Origin: Nitrospiraceae bacterium
Lineage (GTDB): Bacteria; Nitrospirota; Nitrospiria; Nitrospirales; Nitrospiraceae
Length of the DNA stretch: 25,451 bases
Assembly: GCA_035462675.1 (NCBI GenBank)
Contig: DATHTZ010000792.1
Coordinates: 1-25,451, forward strand
Direction: 5' to 3'
The position numbers and the translations under genes are program-made. The notes under the pieces were generated by a model. That model was not told the origin of the DNA. It saw only the letters and a list, made by a program, of their open reading frames with translations, and did not search any database. This document shows positions 1 to 5,801 of the stretch, piece by piece (positions within the stretch are counted from its first letter, which is position 1; every line of letters starts with the position of its first letter).

Positions 1-1152
1 ATGAAACTAGGCGTAGTGGCGTTGCTGGGGGTGGGCGTGGTGCTCATGGCGCCGACGATTGAGATGCCGCGCATGACGATCTTCGCAAGTGGAGGCGGGC
101 CGATCATTCCCGGCACGCTGTTTCCCTTTCTTTTTATCACCATTGCCTGTGGGGCTGTGTCGGGCTTTCACTCGCTGGTTTCTTCTGGAACGACGCCGAA
201 GATGATCGAGCAGGAGTCCCAGGCCACGGTTGGCTATGGGGCGATGCTGTTGGAGAGTTTTGTCGGCGTGATGGCTTTGATTGCAGCCTCGGTCTTGATC
301 CCCGGCGATTATCTGGCGATCAATACGATGCTCTCGCCTGATGCGTTGGCCGCGATGGGCTTTCCTGTCTCGCGGATTCAGGAACTCTCGCAACTTGTGG
401 AGGTGAATGTCGCGGGCAGGCCTGGCGGGGCCGTGTCGCTCGCGGTCGGCATGGCGTCTATTTTTTCCGCGCTCCCTGGTATGGCCGGGTTGATGGCCTA
501 TTGGTATCAGTTTGCGTTGGTGTTCGAGGCGTTGTTTATTTTGACGACGATCGATACAGGTACGCGCGTGGGGCGCTATCTCATCCAGGAGATGGGCGGA
601 CGCTTCTACCCTCCGTTGCGGCGGATGAATTGGTGGCCTGGTGTGGCGGTGAGCAGCGGGCTGATCGTGGGTGCCTGGGGCTATCTCATTGGCACGGGGA
701 GCATCTCGACGCTCTGGCCGATGTTCGGCGCCGCGAATCAGTTGCTCGGCACCTTGGCACTCTGTATCGGCACGACGGTGCTTATCAAGATGCGGAAGGC
801 GCAATACCTATGGATCACTGCGTTGCCGATGTTGTTTGTCGGGACCATCACCTTGGTCGGGTCTTATGAGATGTTCGGCATGTTTGTGAGCAAGGCTTCG
901 TCACTCACCGATAGCGGGCAGGCCTTTGCTTTGTATCTGGATGCGGGTCTGGTGGCGTTGGTGGCCTTGCTCGCGGTGATCGTCTTGGGCGATAGTATCA
1001 GGCAATGGTACGGCTATGTAGTCTTGAAGCGTCCATTCACCAGCAGCGAGGTGGTGGTGATGGCCGGTGGAGGTTCGCCAGGGAGATTGCGGACGACGAT
1101 TTGCCATGGTGAGAAACAGCGGTTAAAGTTGCCCGGCGGGGGGTGCTGTTGA
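1..1152 (+). CDS. cstA: Carbon starvation protein A family (peptide/pyruvate transporter), 5'-truncated by the window edge
   Basis: Family motifs LFPFLFITIACGAVSGFHSLVSSGTTPKM, GYGAMLLESF, FEALFILTTIDTGTRVGRY and LWPMFGAANQLL; many hydrophobic helices. The ATG at position 1 is an internal Met. Confidence 0.93.
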   Translation: MKLGVVALLGVGVVLMAPTIEMPRMTIFASGGGPIIPGTLFPFLFITIACGAVSGFHSLVSSGTTPKMIEQESQATVGYGAMLLESFVGVMALIAASVLIPGDYLAINTMLSPDALAAMGFPVSRIQELSQLVEVNVAGRPGGAVSLAVGMASIFSALPGMAGLMAYWYQFALVFEALFILTTIDTGTRVGRYLIQEMGGRFYPPLRRMNWWPGVAVSSGLIVGAWGYLIGTGSISTLWPMFGAANQLLGTLALCIGTTVLIKMRKAQYLWITALPMLFVGTITLVGSYEMFGMFVSKASSLTDSGQAFALYLDAGLVALVALLAVIVLGDSIRQWYGYVVLKRPFTSSEVVVMAGGGSPGRLRTTICHGEKQRLKLPGGGCC

Positions 1153-1161
1153 GGGGGTATG

Positions 1162-1254
1162 AGGGGCGGCTGGGTGATTTCCTTGCTCGCGGAACGTGCA
1201 CGCTCAGAAGGTGCTCGTTCGACGCGCGCAGTTGAGATCTACCCAGCCACTCCT
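1162..1254. repeat. ~93-bp imperfect palindrome (REP/MITE-like intergenic element)
   Basis: GGCTGGGT 1168-1175 pairs with ACCCAGCC 1241-1248. GAACGTGCAC 1192-1201 pairs with GTGCTCGTTC 1211-1220 (9/10). TGCTCGCG pairs with CGCGCGCA (7/8). There is a 9-nt central loop and no U-tract. Confidence 0.75.
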
Positions 1255-1314
1255 TGGAATGTGGAAGAGCGTTTCCAGTAGAAATAGTGAGGGGAGTTAG
1301 AAGAGGAGGAGATC

Positions 1315-1812
1315 GTGGCTGAACAATTTTCGTTCGATGTGGTCTCGGAAGTGGATATGCAGGAGATGAAAAATGTCGTCGATCAGGCGACGAAGGAGAT
1401 CAAGCAGCGTTTCGATTTCAAAGACTCGAAGACGGAGATTACGTTGAAGGAGAAGGAAAAAGAATTGTCCCTGGTGTCCGACGATGAGTATAAGCTCAAT
1501 GCGGTGAACGATATTATCAAGACCAAGTGTGTGAAGCGCGGGGTCTCGCTGAAGGCCTTCACTTATGGGACTGTGGAGCCGGCGCTGAGTGGGACGGTGC
1601 GGCAGGTGGCAAAGATCCAAAGCGGTATCGCGGCTGATAAGGCGAAAGAGGTGACGAAAGCCATCAAGGATTCAAAATTGAAAGTACAAGCGCAGATTCA
1701 AGGCGAGCAAGTGCGCGTGCTGAGCAAGAGCAAGGATGACCTCCAAGCGGCGATGGCGTTTCTCAGGGGCAAAGATTTTGGAATTGATCTGCAATTCACC
1801 AACTACCGGTAA
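1315..1812 (+). CDS. yajQ: YajQ family nucleotide (c-di-GMP)-binding protein (DUF520)
   Basis: N-terminus FSFDVVSEVDMQE..N..DQA.KEI..RFDFK and C-terminus KVQAQIQGEQVRV..KSKDDLQ...LQFTNYR. GTG start preceded by the GAGGAGGA Shine-Dalgarno. Confidence 0.95.
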   Translation: MAEQFSFDVVSEVDMQEMKNVVDQATKEIKQRFDFKDSKTEITLKEKEKELSLVSDDEYKLNAVNDIIKTKCVKRGVSLKAFTYGTVEPALSGTVRQVAKIQSGIAADKAKEVTKAIKDSKLKVQAQIQGEQVRVLSKSKDDLQAAMAFLRGKDFGIDLQFTNYR

Positions 1813-1818
1813 CTGGTA

Positions 1819-1943
1819 ACGGGATGGTGAAACATGCCGCCAGCTTTGTTCTCGCATCGCTCAGACCCTCAACGTACCGCAAGGGTACGCCTCGGGCCTT
1901 CACTCTCTGCGGCCTCGCTGGACGACATTTTTGACCATCCCGT
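1819..1943. repeat. ~125-bp imperfect palindrome with ~26-bp terminal inverted repeats (REP/MITE-like element)
   Basis: ACGGGATGGT 1819-1828 is the exact reverse complement of ACCATCCCGT 1934-1943, and pairing continues imperfectly to CCAGC 1840-1844 / GCTGG 1917-1921. Central hairpin CGTACC-GCAAG-GGTACG at 1873-1889. Confidence 0.8.
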
Positions 1944-1960
1944 AAGGCCCTGTCTTGTGC

Positions 1961-2980
1961 ATGGCTAGAATGCTTATTCTCGCTCTTCTTCTGGCAATCT
2001 CCCTCTCGGGCTGCGATCGCAGCGATCCCATCGTCGTCATTCAGCTCAATCCGAAGAATCCTGACATCATCTACGTCGCGACGAACGACTATATCTATAA
2101 GACGCGCGATGGAGGGCAGACTTGGACGAACCTATCGAAAGGGATGAGCCATTCGCGTGTGATTTCCATGGCAGTCGATCCGGCCTATCCCGCCACGGTG
2201 TATGCGGGTACGAAGGGTGATGCTGTCTATAAGAGTCACGATGGCGGGCAGCGCTGGGCTTCGATGCGTTCGGGGTTAGACGATGCAACGATCTCGTCGG
2301 TGGTCAATCAATTCCTCTTCGATCCGGCGGACAGCAATCACATCTTTCTCGCCACGACGATGGGTGTGTCCGAGACGAAAGACGGCGGCGAGCATTGGGT
2401 GAAGAAAATGGAAGGGATGAAGGAAGTGCTGATGGTGGTCACACTGGGTATGGATCCGACAAGACCGACGATCTTATACGCAGGCACGAGTGGCGGAGTG
2501 TACAAAACAGTCGACGAGGCGGGCCATTGGGAGAAGGTAAACAATGGCCTCGTGTCGCCTGACATCATTAAGTCATCGCGCGCGCTCAGCGTGACATCGG
2601 TGTTGGTCGATCCGTTTGAGCCGGATACGGTATACGCCTCCACGTTGGCGGGACTTTACAAGACGGTGGATGGTGGGAAGGCGTGGGTACGGATCGGACA
2701 GTCCCTGCAAGACCAAATGTTGTTTTCGATGATCCTCGATCGTACGAAGAAGGGTGTCATTTATCTGGGCGGTCGGGAGGGCGTACATCGGAGTGAAGAT
2801 GGTGGGACGACGTGGGGCACGCTAAATACGGGTCTTGCGACGCTCAATATCCGCTCACTCGTGCAGAGTCCAACCGATCCGGACATGTTCTATGCAGGCA
2901 CGAATGGGAGTGGTTTGTATAGGAGTAACAATCGAGGAGAGACCTGGGAATCGGTGCCGACTGTGCTTCCGAGCCAGTGA
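1961..2980 (+). CDS. Lipoprotein with seven Asp-box/BNR repeats, predicted beta-propeller (YCF48/VPS10/sialidase-like fold); function unknown
   Basis: Signal peptide with lipobox LSG-C. Repeats KTRDGGQTW, KSHDGGQRW, ETKDGGEHW, KTVDEAGHW, KTVDGGKAW, RSEDGGTTW, RSNNRGETW. The start could be 1955, 1961 or 1970. Confidence 0.85.
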   Translation: MARMLILALLLAISLSGCDRSDPIVVIQLNPKNPDIIYVATNDYIYKTRDGGQTWTNLSKGMSHSRVISMAVDPAYPATVYAGTKGDAVYKSHDGGQRWASMRSGLDDATISSVVNQFLFDPADSNHIFLATTMGVSETKDGGEHWVKKMEGMKEVLMVVTLGMDPTRPTILYAGTSGGVYKTVDEAGHWEKVNNGLVSPDIIKSSRALSVTSVLVDPFEPDTVYASTLAGLYKTVDGGKAWVRIGQSLQDQMLFSMILDRTKKGVIYLGGREGVHRSEDGGTTWGTLNTGLATLNIRSLVQSPTDPDMFYAGTNGSGLYRSNNRGETWESVPTVLPSQ

Positions 2981-2986
2981 AGGATA

Positions 2987-4042
2987 TTACTGCTGCGGGC
3001 CGGTGCCGCGCTCTTGGATGGTCGAACCGACACCAGGTGAACCGAATGACGAGCCAACACTCGAGTCTCCAAGGCTCGACCCCACCCTGGAGCCGCCGAA
3101 GCTCGATCCTACCGTCGAATCCGACAGGCTAGACCCCACTGTGGAACGTTGCAGCGATGAGCCGACTGCCGAAGACGATTCGCTGTTGAAGGTGGACTCG
3201 CCGATAGAAGGGCCCGCACGGCCTGTGGCGCCGATTCCAAACCCTGCTGGGCCTGAGCCGCCGATGTCGTGGCTATTTTTCGATGACGCCCCGATGTCTT
3301 TGCCGGTGACGCCTTCCCCGCCGATCGTGTTGCCGGTCTTCGGAGTTTTTCCGATACTTGGTCCAGCGGCCGGTGCGTTGCCGATACTGGTGCCCGTCTT
3401 TGGCCCTGTCGACAGCTTCGGCGCACGAATGTCTCTCTCAATCGATTCTTCCATTTCGCGAATCGCGAGGGCTTCTCGACCTGAGGTTTCAAAGTCTCCT
3501 GAATCACGGGTGTTGGTCGAGGTGCCGATGCGTTCGAGCGTCGTACGCAGTTTCCTCAGATCAGCGCGGGCCTTTGAGACGGTCGGGATCATTTCGTGGA
3601 GCATGATGCCGCGCGAGGCCATCGAATGATTGGATATATTAGCCTGGGTGTCCTTGAGCAAATCTCCGATCTCGTCTCCCATTTCTTCGACCTGCTGAAG
3701 CTCCGAGAGATCGGTTTTGCAGCAATCGAGGAAGTGGCTATACTTGTTTAGGAATGTCGACACGTCGTCCTGCAGTTTCTCGATCTTGAAGTCTCGTGGC
3801 GGTTTGCCGCTCACCGGTGCTTCACCTTCTTGCTCTGTTGCCTGGGTTTCTTTCTTCTCAACAAGCGGCACGCAGCCAGGCCCTTGCTTCGCTGAATATT
3901 GCCGGTCGGCTTTTTGATCGGGGCACCAATAGAGAGGTGATGCCGCTGATGCCGTGGCAGCGGTGATGCCGCTGAACACGCAGGCGACTCCCCCCATGAA
4001 GACGATCACGTAGAGGGCCTTAGCTGTCGTGAGCGAACGCAT
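2987..4042 (-). CDS. Hypothetical exported protein: signal/TM segment, Cys-containing N-domain, helical middle domain, Gly/Ser-rich repeat tail
   Basis: 367-codon ORF (track start 4090). The ATG at 4042 gives a typical signal sequence (MRSLTTAKALYVIVFMGGVACVFSGITAATASA) and fits a candidate promoter. No family recognised. Confidence 0.75.
   Translation of the reverse strand: MRSLTTAKALYVIVFMGGVACVFSGITAATASAASPLYWCPDQKADRQYSAKQGPGCVPLVEKKETQATEQEGEAPVSGKPPRDFKIEKLQDDVSTFLNKYSHFLDCCKTDLSELQQVEEMGDEIGDLLKDTQANISNHSMASRGIMLHEMIPTVSKARADLRKLRTTLERIGTSTNTRDSGDFETSGREALAIREMEESIERDIRAPKLSTGPKTGTSIGNAPAAGPSIGKTPKTGNTIGGEGVTGKDIGASSKNSHDIGGSGPAGFGIGATGRAGPSIGESTFNSESSSAVGSSLQRSTVGSSLSDSTVGSSFGGSRVGSSLGDSSVGSSFGSPGVGSTIQERGTGPQQ
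3011..3172 (-). repeat. Six tandem 27-bp / 9-aa coding repeats, consensus SxVGSS(L/F)xx
   Basis: SAVGSSLQR STVGSSLSD STVGSSFGG SRVGSSLGD SSVGSSFGS PGVGSTIQE (residues 307-360 of the track ORF). Confidence 0.9.
3191..3400 (-). repeat. Seven tandem 30-bp / 10-aa coding repeats, consensus xxGxxIGxxx
   Basis: KTGTSIGNAP AAGPSIGKTP KTGNTIGGEG VTGKDIGASS KNSHDIGGSG PAGFGIGATG RAGPSIGEST (residues 231-300); IG is invariant at positions 6-7. Confidence 0.88.
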
Positions 4043-4048
4043 AAAACC

Positions 4049-4077
4049 ATTTTCAACCCGACTTGAATCCTTGTCAA
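4049..4077 (-). promoter_or_regulatory. Candidate sigma70-type promoter for the repeat protein (would give a leaderless mRNA)
   Basis: Minus strand TTGACA (4077-4072), 17-nt spacer, GAAAAT (4054-4049), then 6 nt to the ATG at 4042. The -10 matches consensus at only 4/6. Confidence 0.4.
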
Positions 4078-4477
4078 TGAAACTCGCCAACTTCGTGTGT
4101 TTGACGGATTGGCCGCTTGATCAACCGGCAAGGCCATGTGCCTGCCCATTTCTCGTCGGAAGAGATGTTCATGTGTGATCGCGCTTGATGCGACGGCTCA
4201 TTGTGTTGGCCAAGAGGTGGTGTCGTGTAGCTACCAATGTCTCATTGGAGTGAACAGCGAGCGTTCGGTGGGCTCGGGTCTGCGATTTCACCATCGTCGT
4301 CGGGATTATCCTCAGCCAGATGTCGAACAGGCGCTCTCCGTAGGATTTGCATTAGAATAAAGTAAAAGTACGCTCTCCCCAGCTGGAGTGCCGTATCCCG
4401 TATCAACCTCTCTTTTTTTCCTTCAAATTTCAGAAAAACAGAGAACCTCCATACTGCATAAGTACATGAATTTTCTA

Positions 4478-4505
4478 TTGACAAGTCTTTGAGTGGGTGT
4501 ATACT
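4478..4505 (+). promoter_or_regulatory. Sigma70-type promoter of the dcw operon
   Basis: TTGACA 4478-4483, 16-nt spacer, TATACT 4500-4505, in an AT-rich context directly upstream of rsmH. Confidence 0.75.
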
Positions 4506-4539
4506 CGTTTTTTAGTGGGAGAAAGTGGGTGAGTCTGGT
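4492..4539 (+). promoter_or_regulatory. MraZ-type operator (dcw boxes)
   Basis: AGTGGG at 4492, 4514 and 4524, plus a degenerate TCTGGT at 4534. The 10-bp period matches the known GTGG(G) direct-repeat MraZ sites at dcw promoters. Confidence 0.75.
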
Positions 4540-4551
4540 AAACAGAAATTA

Positions 4552-5469
4552 ATGGAGGCCTCTCGACATATTCCGGTCATGCCAAAAGAGGTCCTGTTTT
4601 GGCTTGTTCGTGAGGATGGACAAACCTATCTTGATTGTACAGTGGGATATAGTGGGCATGCTGAAAAAATTCTTGAGGCAAGTGGTTCTGATAGCAGACT
4701 TATTGGGCTTGACTGCGATGAGGTGGCCATTGCAGCCAGTCGAAAAAAGCTCGCACGGTTCGGTGATCGCGTGCTTCTTTTTCATGGTCGTTTTGTGGAT
4801 CTGAAGCGACACCTTACTGATGGTGGTATTGGACAGGTCGATGGAATCCTGTTTGATCTTGGGGTCTCGTCCCCGCAGTTGGAAGAACCTGCTCGAGGTT
4901 TTAGCTTTCAAGGAAACGGTCCACTGGACATGCGTATGGATCAATCGATGAGCGGGACCGCAGCTGACTTTGTCAATCAATGGTCGGAAGTACAGTTGGC
5001 CGACGCAATTTTTCAGTTCGGTGAAGAGCGGTTTTCTCGACGAATTGCGCGCGCCATTGTCCGCGCGCGCGAACGCCATCCGTTGGGAACGACGAAAGAG
5101 CTGGTCTCTGTGATCGAGGGGGCTGTCCCGGGGAATTATCGGCATGGTCGTCTTCACTGTGCCACCCGTACGTTTCAAGCTATTCGCATTGCAGTGAATC
5201 ATGAACTCGATTGTCTCGATCCGGCGTTGCGTGATGCGGTCGATGTGTTGTCTCCCGGCGGCCGCCTCTGTGTCATATCATTCCATTCGCTCGAAGATCG
5301 AATTGTGAAACATACATTTCGGGCGCTCTCCGGCACGGACGATTCTGCATTGGTGGTGCTTACCAAGAAGCCGCAGGTGCCCAGCAGGGAAGAATCGGAC
5401 CGGAATCCTCGATCCCGCAGTGCCAAGTTGCGGGCTGTCCAACGGGTATCCAGGGAGGGTCACTCATGA
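4552..5469 (+). CDS. rsmH: 16S rRNA m4C1402 methyltransferase RsmH (MraW)
   Basis: HIPVM..EV, DCTVGYSGHA, DLGVSSPQL...RGFSF...GPLDMRM, FGEERFSRRIARAIV, ATRTFQAIRIAVNHEL, ISFHSLEDRIVK, NPRSRSAKLR. The ATG at 4552 is preferred over the GTG at 4525, which lies inside the operator. Confidence 0.97.
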   Translation: MEASRHIPVMPKEVLFWLVREDGQTYLDCTVGYSGHAEKILEASGSDSRLIGLDCDEVAIAASRKKLARFGDRVLLFHGRFVDLKRHLTDGGIGQVDGILFDLGVSSPQLEEPARGFSFQGNGPLDMRMDQSMSGTAADFVNQWSEVQLADAIFQFGEERFSRRIARAIVRARERHPLGTTKELVSVIEGAVPGNYRHGRLHCATRTFQAIRIAVNHELDCLDPALRDAVDVLSPGGRLCVISFHSLEDRIVKHTFRALSGTDDSALVVLTKKPQVPSREESDRNPRSRSAKLRAVQRVSREGHS

Positions 5470-5801
5470 AGACGATGACAATCGTGGCCGGGGTACTGTT
5501 GATCTTTGTATTTGTGTGGGAACGTGTAGATGTCGTCCGGTTGGGGTATCAGATTGAAAGATTGAAGACTCAGAAAATATTGCTGGAGCGGGAGCGAGAT
5601 CAATTGCAAGTGAAATTCTCTGCGCTGACGGCTCCAGAACGGATCGTCAAGGTGGCGACAGAAAAGCTGGGGCTGGTTCCACCGCAGCAGGGGCAAGTGC
5701 TGATGGTGCATCTGCCGGGAGAGACTCCGAGCCTGGCGCTCCCACCTGTGGGGCAAATCCGTTTGGCGAAGCATGAACCAATCGGAAGGGAGAACGAGTG
5801 A
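5466..5801 (+). CDS. ftsL: Cell division protein FtsL
   Basis: Single N-terminal TM helix, leucine-heptad coiled coil, APERI..VA.EKLGL..P C-terminal motif. Canonical position between rsmH and ftsI, with ATGA/GTGA overlaps. Confidence 0.85.
   Translation: MKTMTIVAGVLLIFVFVWERVDVVRLGYQIERLKTQKILLERERDQLQVKFSALTAPERIVKVATEKLGLVPPQQGQVLMVHLPGETPSLALPPVGQIRLAKHEPIGRENE

Noticed and set aside
7-804. 265-aa minus-strand ORF antisense to cstA
   Set aside because: Arg/His-rich shadow translation typical of the reverse strand of a GC-rich membrane-protein gene; no family motifs.
1144-1281. Possible selenocysteine read-through of the cstA TGA after Cys-Cys, with the downstream hairpin acting as a SECIS
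   Set aside because: The hairpin's apical loop is ~50 nt from the UGA, farther than in typical bacterial SECIS elements. Read-through would translate the palindrome into 42 non-protein-like codons, and CC-stop is already a complete motif.
1162-1943. The two palindromes as a CRISPR array or as ends of one composite transposon carrying yajQ
   Set aside because: They are unrelated in sequence, occur once each in the window, have no repeat-spacer periodicity, and no cas or transposase gene is present.
3011-3172. 9-aa repeats as RTX calcium-binding nonapeptides
   Set aside because: They lack the GGxGxDx(L/I/F)x consensus; Asp is present in only two copies and the hydrophobic position is shifted.
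2835-3629. 264-aa plus-strand ORF with apparent LDPTVE repeats
   Set aside because: It is the antisense image of the Gly/Ser repeat arrays, overlaps the end of the lipoprotein gene, and lacks a plausible start context.
4063-4077. TTGA-N7-TCAA as an FNR/CRP-family box
   Set aside because: FNR requires TTGAT-N4-ATCAA (6 nt between TTGA and TCAA); the spacing and inner bases do not fit, and the right half is better explained as a minus-strand -35.
4136-4484. Short ORFs 4136-4360 (+) and 4242-4484 (-) as genes or mraZ remnants
   Set aside because: No MraZ motifs (D.KGR, GxxxxxEIW), no Shine-Dalgarno, and atypical composition; the minus ORF starts within the dcw promoter.
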